64,000 nucleotides of DNA. Origin: Dehalococcoidia bacterium (GTDB taxonomy: Bacteria; Chloroflexota; Dehalococcoidia; Lucifugimonadales; Australimonadaceae). This document shows positions 31,290 to 39,931 of this stretch, one piece after another. Positions within the stretch are counted from its first letter, which is position 1, and each line of letters begins with the position of its first letter. The position numbers were made by a program, and so were the translations under genes. Under the pieces are notes generated by a model, which saw only the letters and a list, made by a program, of their open reading frames with translations, did no database searches and had not been told where the DNA came from. The stretch covers positions 8,753 to 72,752 of the forward strand of contig DAOUKL010000030.1 in assembly GCA_034421335.1 (NCBI GenBank), in the 5' to 3' direction.

Positions 31290-31877
31290 ATGTTCACCGG
31301 CATCGTGGAAGAGGTGGGAGAGGTCGTCGCGGCGACGGCGAACAGCCTGCGCATCGCGGGCGGCGCCGCGATGGACGCGCTCGCCGTCAGCGACTCCATC
31401 GCCGTCAACGGCGTCTGCCTCACCGTAACGGCCCGCGACGCTTCCGAGTTCGCGGTCGACGTGGTCGACGAGACGCTTGCGCGAACGAACCTCGGCGCCC
31501 TGCGCCTGGGCGACCCCGTGAACCTGGAGCGCGCGCTCACGCCGGAATCCCGCATGGGCGGGCACATCGTGCAGGGACACGTCGACGGCTGCGCCGAGGT
31601 GACGGAGGTAGGCGGAGCGCCTGAGAGCAGGGTGCTGCGAGCGCGGCTGCCGGAGGAACTGGCGCGCTACGTCGTCGAGAAGGGTTTCATCGCGGTGGAC
31701 GGGACGAGCCTGACGGTGGCCGCCGTGGACGGCCCCGAGTTCGCCGTCGCCGTGATACCGTATACGTGGGAGCATACCGCGCTGCATGCGAGGCGTCCGG
31801 GCGACAGGTTGAACATCGAGGTGGACATCCTGGCGAAGTACGTCGAGCGCCTCGTCGCGCGCGGGCAGGAGGGATAG
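31290..31877 (+). CDS. ribE: Riboflavin synthase
   Basis: MFTGIVEEVG, SIAVNGVCLTV, VNLERA, GGHIVQGHVD, KGFIAVDGTSLTV. Confidence 0.96.
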   Translation: MFTGIVEEVGEVVAATANSLRIAGGAAMDALAVSDSIAVNGVCLTVTARDASEFAVDVVDETLARTNLGALRLGDPVNLERALTPESRMGGHIVQGHVDGCAEVTEVGGAPESRVLRARLPEELARYVVEKGFIAVDGTSLTVAAVDGPEFAVAVIPYTWEHTALHARRPGDRLNIEVDILAKYVERLVARGQEG

Positions 31878-31879
31878 CA

Positions 31880-33085
31880 GTGCCGCAGATCAGCGTCGAG
31901 CAGGCCATAGAAGACATCCGCACGGGGAAGATCGTCATCGTCGTCGACGACGAGAGCCGCGAGAACGAGGGAGACTTCGTGATGGCGGCGGAGTGGGTTA
32001 CGCCTGAGGCGATCAACCTGATGGCGGCGAGGGGCCGCGGCCTGATCTGCGTACCGATGACCGGCGAACGGCTCAGCCAGCTCAAGCTCGACATGATGGT
32101 CGAGCACAACACGTCCAAGCACACCACCGCGTTCACGGTGTCGGTCGACATCGACAACGGAAGCACGGGCATATCGGCGCACGACCGCGCGGCGACGGTG
32201 AAGGCCCTCGTGGACCCGGCGACGAAGCCTGAGGACCTGGCGCGGCCCGGGCACATGTTTCCCCTGCGCGCGCAGGAGGGCGGCGTGCTCGTCCGCGCTG
32301 GCCAGACCGAAGCGAGCGTCGATCTGGCCCGCATGGCAGGGCTCGTCCCCGCGGGCATCGTCTGCGAGATTATGAACGAGGACGGCACGATGGCCCGGAT
32401 GCCCCAGCTCGAGGAGATATCCCGCGAACTCGGCATCGACATCGTCACGGTGGCCGACATCATCGCGTACCGGCTGGAGCACGAGCGCCTCGTGGAGCGC
32501 GTCGCCGAAGCGCGCCTCCCCACCATGTACGGCATGGCGAAGGCCATCGCCTACCGCTCCGACGTCGACCCGGCCGAGCACGTGGCGCTGGTGTTCGGGA
32601 ACATCCGCACGAAGCAGCCTGTGCTCGTCCGCGTACACAGCGAGTGCCTCACGGGCGATGTGTTCGGGAGCATGCGGTGCGACTGCGGCATACAGCGCGA
32701 CATCGCCATCAAGGCGATCGCCGAGGCCGGGCGGGGGGTGTTCCTCTACATGCGGCAGGAGGGCCGGGGAATAGGCCTTCACAACAAGATACGGGCGTAC
32801 GCGTTGCAGGACGGCGGGGCGGATACGGTGGAGGCGAACCAGCGGCTCGGCTTCCCCCCCGACCTGCGCCACTACGGCGTGGGCGCGCAGATACTGGTGG
32901 ACCTCGGCGTGCGCAACATGCGGCTGATGACCAACAACCCCAAGAAGATCGTAGGGCTCGAAAGCTACGGACTGAACATCGTCGAGCGCGTCCCCATCGT
33001 CGTGCCGAGCAACCCCGAGAACGCGAACTACCTCCAGACCAAGCAGGACAAGCTCGGCCACCTGCTTTCCATCCCCGACCACTAG
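31880..33085 (+). CDS. ribBA: Bifunctional DHBP synthase / GTP cyclohydrolase II
   Basis: DDESRENEGD, RAGQTEASVDL, RVHSECLTGD, CDCG, QEGRGIGL, TNNPKK; start at GTG 31880. Confidence 0.97.
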   Translation: MPQISVEQAIEDIRTGKIVIVVDDESRENEGDFVMAAEWVTPEAINLMAARGRGLICVPMTGERLSQLKLDMMVEHNTSKHTTAFTVSVDIDNGSTGISAHDRAATVKALVDPATKPEDLARPGHMFPLRAQEGGVLVRAGQTEASVDLARMAGLVPAGIVCEIMNEDGTMARMPQLEEISRELGIDIVTVADIIAYRLEHERLVERVAEARLPTMYGMAKAIAYRSDVDPAEHVALVFGNIRTKQPVLVRVHSECLTGDVFGSMRCDCGIQRDIAIKAIAEAGRGVFLYMRQEGRGIGLHNKIRAYALQDGGADTVEANQRLGFPPDLRHYGVGAQILVDLGVRNMRLMTNNPKKIVGLESYGLNIVERVPIVVPSNPENANYLQTKQDKLGHLLSIPDH

Positions 33086-33183
33086 TTCTCCCCCTGGGGA
33101 AGATGCCGCGAAGCGACAGAGAGGGTCTGCCCGCCGGGCGAGTGTGCAGACTGCGGGGGCGGCGGTTCGCATACAATGGGGGT

Positions 33184-33681
33184 ATGGCCCAGGAGATTGC
33201 CGGAACCCTCGACGCGCAGTGGATGCGCGTGGGCGTCATCGTGTCGCAGTTCAACGAGGCGGTCACGTCGCGGCTGTTGAGCGGCGCCCGCGAGGCCGCC
33301 GCCAGGCACGGCGTCCGCGAGGAGCGCCTCACGATAGTGCGCGTCCCGGGCTCATTCGAATTGCCGCAGGCCGCCGCCCGCATGGCCGCGAGCGGGCAGT
33401 GGGACGCGCTCGTCGCGCTGGGGTGCGTCATCCGGGGAGAGACGGCGCACTTCGACTTCGTGGCCGCGGAGGCCGCGCGGGGCATCGCGGAGGTCGCGCG
33501 GTCGACGGGGAGGGCGGTGGCGTTCGGGGTGCTGACGACGAACACGGTGGAGCAGGCGATGGCGCGCTCCGGCGGCGCGGCGGGCAACCGCGGGTTCGAC
33601 GCGATGGAGTCGGCGATCAAGATGGCGAACTTGCACAAGGAGCTGGACGGGGCCGGCAGTCCCGCCGCCGCCACGAGTTGA
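33184..33681 (+). CDS. ribH: 6,7-dimethyl-8-ribityllumazine synthase
   Basis: IVSQFN, VPGSFELP, LGCVIRGETAHFD, FGVLTT; TACAAT ends 6 nt before the ATG (leaderless signature). Confidence 0.96.
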   Translation: MAQEIAGTLDAQWMRVGVIVSQFNEAVTSRLLSGAREAAARHGVREERLTIVRVPGSFELPQAAARMAASGQWDALVALGCVIRGETAHFDFVAAEAARGIAEVARSTGRAVAFGVLTTNTVEQAMARSGGAAGNRGFDAMESAIKMANLHKELDGAGSPAAATS

Positions 33682-33684
33682 GCG

Positions 33685-34128
33685 ATGACGATCCAGGAAC
33701 AGTTGAGCGACGACCTCAAGACCGCCATGAAGGCGCAGGATGCGGTTACGAAGGACACCGTCCGCCTCATCCGCGCCGCGATGAAGAACGCCGAGATCGA
33801 GAAGGGCGATGCGCTCGACGACGCCGGCGCGCTCGACGTGCTGGCCCGAATGGCCAAGCAGTACCGTGACAGCATCACGACGTACCGCGACAACGGACGC
33901 GAGGACCTCGCCGTTCGCGAGGAGGCAGAGCTGGCCGTCGTGGCCCGCTACCTTCCCGAGCAACTCGGCGAGGACGAGGTGCGGGCGCTCGCCGAGCAGG
34001 CCGTGGCCGAGCTGGGAGCGTCCGGCCCTCAGGACCGCGGTAAGGTGATGGGGAAACTCATGCCGCAACTGAAGGGCAAGGCCGACGGCGCCGTCGTGAA
34101 CCGCATCGTCGGCGAACTGCTGGGGTAG
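33685..34128 (+). CDS. GatB/YqeY domain protein
   Basis: DLKTAMKA, YRDNGREDL, YLPEQL, GKVMGKLM, GKADG. Confidence 0.92.
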   Translation: MTIQEQLSDDLKTAMKAQDAVTKDTVRLIRAAMKNAEIEKGDALDDAGALDVLARMAKQYRDSITTYRDNGREDLAVREEAELAVVARYLPEQLGEDEVRALAEQAVAELGASGPQDRGKVMGKLMPQLKGKADGAVVNRIVGELLG

Positions 34129-34165
34129 CGGACGGCGGCGCGCGCACTAACGGCGAGGGGAAGGC

Positions 34166-34879
34166 ATGGCGCCAAGGTACGGCATCATCGTGTTTCCGGG
34201 CACTTGGTCGGATGTGGACTGGCGGGACGCGCTCGCGGGAGTGATGGGCGCCGACGCCGAGTATGTCTTCCACAAGGAGACGAGCGTCGCCGGGTTTGAC
34301 TGCCTCATCGTGCCGGGCGGCTTCTCGTACGGCGACTATCTGCGCCCCGGCGCGATTGCGCGCTTCTCGCCCGTGATGCCGGCCGTGGTCGAGTTCGCTA
34401 ACTCTGGAGGGCCGGTGCTCGGCAGCTGCAACGGGTTCCAGGCGCTGTGCGAGGCGGGACTGCTGCCGGGGGCGCTTATGCGCAACGCGAGCCTCGAGTT
34501 CCGGTGTCAGCCGCAGCATCTGCGCGTCGAGCGCGCCGCCGCCCCGTTCACGTCGCTCGCCCGCGCGGGCGACGTGCTCTCGGTGCCCGTATCGCATGGC
34601 GACGGCAACTACTACGTGGACGACGCCGCGCTCGAACGCATGGAGGCGAACGGGCAGATCGCGTTCCGCTACTGCGACGCGAACGGCGCGGTTACGCCGG
34701 AGGCCAACCCCAACGGGTCACGCGCCAACATCGCGGGAGTCACGAACGAGGCAGGCAACGTGCTTGGGCTGATGCCGCACCCGGAGCGGGTCGTCGAGCC
34801 CGCGCTTGGGGGGACGGACGGGCTGACGCTGCTGCGGTCGCTCGACGAGGCGCTCCACGAGCGCGCGGGCGCAGTCTAA
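34166..34879 (+). CDS. purQ: Phosphoribosylformylglycinamidine synthase subunit PurQ
   Basis: VFPGT, PGGFSYGDYLR, GSCNGFQ, HGDGNY, NPNGS, GLMPHPER. Confidence 0.96.
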   Translation: MAPRYGIIVFPGTWSDVDWRDALAGVMGADAEYVFHKETSVAGFDCLIVPGGFSYGDYLRPGAIARFSPVMPAVVEFANSGGPVLGSCNGFQALCEAGLLPGALMRNASLEFRCQPQHLRVERAAAPFTSLARAGDVLSVPVSHGDGNYYVDDAALERMEANGQIAFRYCDANGAVTPEANPNGSRANIAGVTNEAGNVLGLMPHPERVVEPALGGTDGLTLLRSLDEALHERAGAV

Positions 34880-34897
34880 GACGCGAAAGGACTGAGG

Positions 34898-35863
34898 ATG
34901 GAAGAAAACAAGGGACAGCAGCAACTGGCGAGAACGTTGACTATTGTCAACCTCGTGCTGCTGGCTGCGCTGGTGGTAATAGCGTTCATCGTTTACGCCA
35001 ACGTCAGGAACACGATTCAGACCGTCGACGAGAAAGTCGAGGATGTCACAGGCGTCGTTCAGAACTTGGTGGGCGGCGACGAATTGCAGGCGGCGCTGGA
35101 AGGACTAGACCTGGAAGGCGGCGACACGTCTGAGTTGGAGGCGCGGCTGAAGGCTATTGAAGCGCAGGTCGGCTCTACGGTAGGCGGCAGCCAGCCTAGC
35201 GACGCGAGCACGTCTGGCTTGGAGGCGCGGCTGAAGTCTGTCGAAGCGCGGGTCGGTTCTACGGCAAACGGTAGTCAGCCTGGGGATGCCGACGTCTTGT
35301 TCCAGGTCTTCCCTGAACTCCGGTTCGACGGGATGCTCTCGGATGGGTGCGTTGACGCTATGCGAGCAGATGTCGCGCGCATCTATTCCGACGACCACGG
35401 CTACTCCATATCTGACCGCAGACAGGCTCGAGCGACGATTGATGCGTGGGGCGCCTACCCGTACTCGCAGTTGAGCAACCAGATGCTCGACGAAATCGGC
35501 GACTTGATAGACGCGATGGCGTACTGGCGCGGGTGGAGCGACTGGCAGGGAGACAGCTATAGAGTGTACGACCGTTCATACGATGAGGGTGGAGCAGGCG
35601 CTTCGGGCACGCTGCCATGCATATCCGAACGGGAGGGAGTCAGCGTCTTTATTGCCATTCGCAACGAGAGCCCGATGAGCGACTTTAGGGAAGATGTCGT
35701 CGACGACTATTGGGACTGTGTAGAACGCTTCCAGCCGCCCCCGCCGCCAACGCCAACCCCCGATTACTCCGAAAGAGATACACAGGGATGCAGGCTTCTC
35801 CACGAAAAGTACGCTCACTGGCTGCTGCCCCTTCCCGCCGGGCCGCTCACGGCAGGCGGTTAG
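34898..35863 (+). CDS. Hypothetical membrane-anchored protein with an internal 28-aa duplication
   Basis: N-terminal TM (TLTIVNLVLLAALVVIAFIVY), duplicated TSxLEARLK...GSQP segment, lower GC by eye. Confidence 0.7.
   Translation: MEENKGQQQLARTLTIVNLVLLAALVVIAFIVYANVRNTIQTVDEKVEDVTGVVQNLVGGDELQAALEGLDLEGGDTSELEARLKAIEAQVGSTVGGSQPSDASTSGLEARLKSVEARVGSTANGSQPGDADVLFQVFPELRFDGMLSDGCVDAMRADVARIYSDDHGYSISDRRQARATIDAWGAYPYSQLSNQMLDEIGDLIDAMAYWRGWSDWQGDSYRVYDRSYDEGGAGASGTLPCISEREGVSVFIAIRNESPMSDFREDVVDDYWDCVERFQPPPPPTPTPDYSERDTQGCRLLHEKYAHWLLPLPAGPLTAGG
35126..35293 (+). repeat. 84-bp imperfect tandem duplication within a CDS
   Basis: acgtctgagttggaggcgcggctgaag at 35126 and acgtctggcttggaggcgcggctgaag at 35210. 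Confidence 0.85.
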
Positions 35864-35914
35864 CCGGCGCGCGTATCGCAGGGCAGCCGAAGGCAAGAAG
35901 GTAGAAGAGACAAC

Positions 35915-36358
35915 GTGGGCGTCGGCATTCTGCTGGCCATAGTGGCGACGATGGCGTGGGGCGCGGGCGATGTGTTCGTCCGCCGTGCCATGTTCAGCGC
36001 ATCGGCGGAGTCAGTCGTCATCGTCGTGGTTGGCATGGTGGCGACGTCGTTGGGCGTAGTGATCATGGCGACCGAGGGCGCAGCCGCGTTCCTGGCCCTC
36101 CCCCTTTCGGTGGTGGCGACGGCGGCGCTGATGGGGGCGCTCGCGTGGGTTACGGGCAACCTGTTCTACTTTCACGGGATGCGGAGGGCCGGCGTTACGC
36201 TCGCGGCTCCCATCCTGGGCACGGGGCCGCTGGCCGCCATCGCGCTCGCGGTCGTGTTCGCCGGCGAGCGTCCCAACCTGCCGACGGTCGCGGGCGCCGT
36301 AGCGGTCGTCGTGGGCGTCATCGTCATACTCACCGACCGGAACCGGGTGCTGCGGTGA
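35915..36358 (+). CDS. DMT/EamA-family transporter (single domain)
   Basis: AWGAGDVFVRRA, FYFHGMRRAG, PLAAIALAVVFAGERP. Confidence 0.8.
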   Translation: MGVGILLAIVATMAWGAGDVFVRRAMFSASAESVVIVVVGMVATSLGVVIMATEGAAAFLALPLSVVATAALMGALAWVTGNLFYFHGMRRAGVTLAAPILGTGPLAAIALAVVFAGERPNLPTVAGAVAVVVGVIVILTDRNRVLR

Positions 36359-36819
36359 GCGCAGCGGGGGAGCGCGCCGACAGCCGCCGCGTGACGCTGG
36401 GCCTGACGTTCGCGACGCTGGCGATGCTGTCGTTCGTAACGGCGGGGCTGTTCGCGAACCACTTGGTGGGCGGTGGAGCGTCGCCTCTCGTCATCGCGTT
36501 CTACGAGGCGCTGTTCGGCCTGCTCTTCACGCTCGGCGTGAAGGCGCGGTCGCTGCGGGGCGGCCAGGCGCCCGACCGGACGGCGGTGGCGTGGATGGTC
36601 GCGGCGGGCGCGCTGTTCGCGCTGGCGTCGGCCAGCTTCTACTCCGCGCTCGTGCGGGTGGATTTCAGCGTCGCGGCCCCGGTAACGGGAGCGGTGCCGC
36701 TCGTCTCGTACGTGTTCGTGCTTTTCATGCTGCGCGGCTACGAACGGCTGACGCCGCGCGTCGTGTTCGGGGCGGCGCTGGTGGTCGCCGGCGTGGGCGT
36801 CATAGGAGCGGCAAACTGA
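36355..36819 (+). CDS. DMT/EamA-family transporter (single domain)
   Basis: FYSALVRVDFSVAAPV, PLVSYV...LRGYERLT; GTG 36355 overlaps the upstream stop. Confidence 0.75.
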   Translation: MSAAGERADSRRVTLGLTFATLAMLSFVTAGLFANHLVGGGASPLVIAFYEALFGLLFTLGVKARSLRGGQAPDRTAVAWMVAAGALFALASASFYSALVRVDFSVAAPVTGAVPLVSYVFVLFMLRGYERLTPRVVFGAALVVAGVGVIGAAN

Positions 36820-39026
36820 TGCCCGTGTCGCAAGAGACGCTGGACCGGATCGCGCTGAAGCGCAGCGAGTACGAAATCATCGTCGAGCGCCTCGGGCGCG
36901 AACCGAACGAGTTGGAGTTGGGCCTGTTCGGCGCCCTGTGGAGCGAGCACTGCGGCTACAAGCACTCGAAACCGCTCCTCAAGAACTTCCCTGCGACGGG
37001 GCCCGCCGTGCGGGTGCAGGCCGGCGAGGAGAACGCCGGCGTCGTCGATATCGGCGACGGGCTGTCGGTCGTGTTCAAGATCGAGTCGCACAACCACCCG
37101 TCGGCAGTCGAGCCTCATCAGGGCGCGGCGACGGGCGTAGGCGGCATCGTCCGCGACATCCTGGCGATGGGAGCGAGGCCAATCGCCCTCCTCAACTCAC
37201 TGCGGTTCGGCCCGCCCGACGACGCCCGGAACCGCTACCTGTTCGAGGGCGTCGTCGCCGGCATATCGAGCTACGGCAACTGCATCGGCGTGCCGGACGT
37301 GGGCGGCGAAATCGCGTTCGCGCCCAGTTACAGCGGCAACCCTCTCGTGAACGCGATGTGCGTCGGGCTCCTGCCGCCGGGGGGACTCGTGCGCGCGGCG
37401 GCCACCGTCCCGGGCTCCACCCTGATGGTGGTCGGCTCGGCGACGGGGCGGGACGGCATTCACGGAGCGTCCGGGCTGGCGTCGCGGTCGTTCGAGGAGG
37501 AGCGGGAGATGCGCCCGACCGTGCAGGTGGGCGACCCGTTCCTGGAGAAGGTGCTCATCGAGGCGTGCTTGGAAGCGGCGGCGAGCGGCTGCCTCGAAGC
37601 GATGCAGGACCTGGGCGCCGCCGGGCTGACGAGCTCGGTGATGGAGTGCGCGGCGCGCGGCGGCACGGGCGTCGAGATCGACGTGGCCAAGGCGCCCCGC
37701 CGCGAGGAGGGCATGACCCCCTACGAGATCATGCTGTCGGAATCGCAGGAGCGGATGCTGCTCGTGGTGAAACAGGGGCACGAGGAGGCTGTCGCCGCGC
37801 TCTTCGAAAGGTGGGACCTCTCCGTTTCGGCCATTGGCGCAGTAACCGGCGACGGCATGGCGAGGATCTACGACAGAGGCCGTCTCGTGTCGGAGACGCC
37901 GATCGAAGTGCTGGTCGACGCTCCACGCTATGAGCCGCCGGGCCGGCGTCCGGCGTACCTCGACGCGCTGCAGTCGGCGCCGATGCCGCCGCTTCCGCCG
38001 GCGTCCGAAGCCGGCCCGATGCTGCTGCGCCTCCTTGCGTCGCCCAACGTAGCCAGCAAGCGGGTGGTGTACCGCCGGTACGACCACGAGGTGCAGACGC
38101 GGACGATTGCGAAGCCGGGCGCGGGGGACGCTGCGGTGCTGCGCCTGCGGGAGTCGGCGAAGGGGCTTGCGCTCGCGGTCGACGGCAACGGCCGGCTCGC
38201 GTATCTCGACCCCTACGCGGGAGGCGCGATAGCGGTGGCGGAGGCGTGCAGGAACGTCGCGGCGACCGGCGCGTCGCCTCTTGCGGTTACCGACTGTCTG
38301 AATTTCGGCAACCCGGAGAAGCCGGAGGTGTACTACCAGCTTTCGGAGTGCGTGCGAGGCATGGCCGACGCCTGCCGCGCGCTCGGCGTCCCGGTCGTCA
38401 GCGGCAACGTGTCGCTCTACAACGAGACGCAGGGCGAGGCGGTCTACCCCACGCCGGTCGTCGGCGCGGTGGGACTGCTCGACGACGCGTCGGCGCGCGT
38501 TGGCGCGGCGTTCGCGGACGGAAGCGTCGTCCTCCTGCTGGGCGCGTCCCTCGACGCCGACGAGTCATCGCTCGGCGGGAGCGAGCACCTCGCGGTTGAG
38601 TACGGCATGGTCGCGGGGGCGCCCCGCATCGACTTCGACGCGGAGGCGCGGCTGCAACGGCTGCTCGTCGAGCTCGCGCGGGCGCGGCTGCTGCGGTCGG
38701 CGCACGATTGTTCGGACGGCGGGCTCGCTACGGCGCTTGCGGAGAGCGCGCTTTGGGGAGGCGTCGGCTTCTCCGGCGAGGGCGGTTGGTCGGCGGGCCG
38801 GTGGGACGCGCTGCTGTTCGGCGAAGCGCCGTCGCGGGCGGTGGTCAGTTGCGCCGAGGCGGACGTCGCGGCGGTGTCGGCTGCGGCGGCCTCGGCGGGA
38901 GTTCCTACGGTCAGGCTGGGAATAACGGGAGGCTTGCGGTTCACGCTGCCCGGGCTGGCGGATGAGCCTCTCGACGCGCTGGCCGATGCGTACGAGGGCG
39001 GTCTGGAGCGCGCGTTGGGGCGGTAG
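36819..39026 (+). CDS. purL: Phosphoribosylformylglycinamidine synthase subunit PurL
   Basis: WSEHCGYKHS, KIESHNHPS, AATGVGGIVRD, QDLGAAGL, LSESQERM, VSGNVSLYN, HDCSDGG; start at ATG 36819. Confidence 0.97.
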   Translation: MPVSQETLDRIALKRSEYEIIVERLGREPNELELGLFGALWSEHCGYKHSKPLLKNFPATGPAVRVQAGEENAGVVDIGDGLSVVFKIESHNHPSAVEPHQGAATGVGGIVRDILAMGARPIALLNSLRFGPPDDARNRYLFEGVVAGISSYGNCIGVPDVGGEIAFAPSYSGNPLVNAMCVGLLPPGGLVRAAATVPGSTLMVVGSATGRDGIHGASGLASRSFEEEREMRPTVQVGDPFLEKVLIEACLEAAASGCLEAMQDLGAAGLTSSVMECAARGGTGVEIDVAKAPRREEGMTPYEIMLSESQERMLLVVKQGHEEAVAALFERWDLSVSAIGAVTGDGMARIYDRGRLVSETPIEVLVDAPRYEPPGRRPAYLDALQSAPMPPLPPASEAGPMLLRLLASPNVASKRVVYRRYDHEVQTRTIAKPGAGDAAVLRLRESAKGLALAVDGNGRLAYLDPYAGGAIAVAEACRNVAATGASPLAVTDCLNFGNPEKPEVYYQLSECVRGMADACRALGVPVVSGNVSLYNETQGEAVYPTPVVGAVGLLDDASARVGAAFADGSVVLLLGASLDADESSLGGSEHLAVEYGMVAGAPRIDFDAEARLQRLLVELARARLLRSAHDCSDGGLATALAESALWGGVGFSGEGGWSAGRWDALLFGEAPSRAVVSCAEADVAAVSAAAASAGVPTVRLGITGGLRFTLPGLADEPLDALADAYEGGLERALGR

Positions 39027-39310
39027 CATGGCCGCGTAGTGGCGCACGGGCGCTTCCGTCGATTGCAAGTGGGGCGGGTTGAAGATATTGACCGATTGCC
39101 TGCGCTTGGGGCGACCCTGACGGACGCGGATAATGCCCGCCTGCCCGGATGACCGCGTTGGCGTGGCGCTCCAAGGGCTGCGACAGTTGGGGGTTGCGCG
39201 TTCGCCCCGTCGAGCCCACGGTTATCCGGTATCATTACATGTGGCTTTGCGCCGCATCCTTGCCCGCAGCGAACAGCGGCGGAAGTATCCAGTCCCAAGA
39301 GGAAGTCAGC

Positions 39311-39919
39311 ATGAAGGTCATCTTTCTGGAAGACGTAGCCGGCACGGCGGACGCCGGCGACGTGAAGGACGTGAAGAACGGGTTCGCGCGGAACTACCTG
39401 TTGCCGCGCTCGCTCGCAGCGCCCGCGACGCCCGACCAATTGCAGCGGATCCGCGCCATCGAGAAGGCCGCGCGTGAGAAGCGTGTCAAGTACTCTCAGG
39501 AGTGGGGCGAGGTCGCCGAACTCATCAACGGCACGTCGGTCGCCGTCGAAGTGCGCGTGGGGCCCTCGGGCAGGCTGTTCGGCTCGGTCACGAGCCGCGC
39601 CATCGCCGAGAAGCTCACCGAGGCCACCGGGCGGATGTTCGACCACAAGCAGGTGCTGCTCGGCTCGTCTATCCACGAGATCGGCGACTACCCCGTAACG
39701 CTGCGTCTCTACCGGGAGGTCACCGCCGAGGTGCAGGTCTCGGTCGTGCCGGAAGGCTATCGGCCCGCGGAAGAGGAACCGTCGGAGGACGCCGCGGAGG
39801 ACTTGGCGGAAGGCGGCTGGGGCGAGGAGCCGTACGAGGACGAGCCGGCCGACGAGTCGGACGAGGACTACTACGAGGACGACGAAGACGAGGGCGAGGA
39901 CGAAGAGGAAGGACGATAG
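39311..39919 (+). CDS. rplI: 50S ribosomal protein L9 with an acidic tail
   Basis: MKVIFLEDV, VKNGFARNYLLP, GRLFGSVT; start at ATG 39311. Confidence 0.96.
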   Translation: MKVIFLEDVAGTADAGDVKDVKNGFARNYLLPRSLAAPATPDQLQRIRAIEKAAREKRVKYSQEWGEVAELINGTSVAVEVRVGPSGRLFGSVTSRAIAEKLTEATGRMFDHKQVLLGSSIHEIGDYPVTLRLYREVTAEVQVSVVPEGYRPAEEEPSEDAAEDLAEGGWGEEPYEDEPADESDEDYYEDDEDEGEDEEEGR

Positions 39920-39931
39920 CGGCAGGACTCG

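Noticed and set aside
39027-39310. DnaA boxes or replication origin upstream of rplI-dnaB
   Set aside because: Only two TTATCC half-matches, no full TTATCCACA array or AT-rich unwinding element
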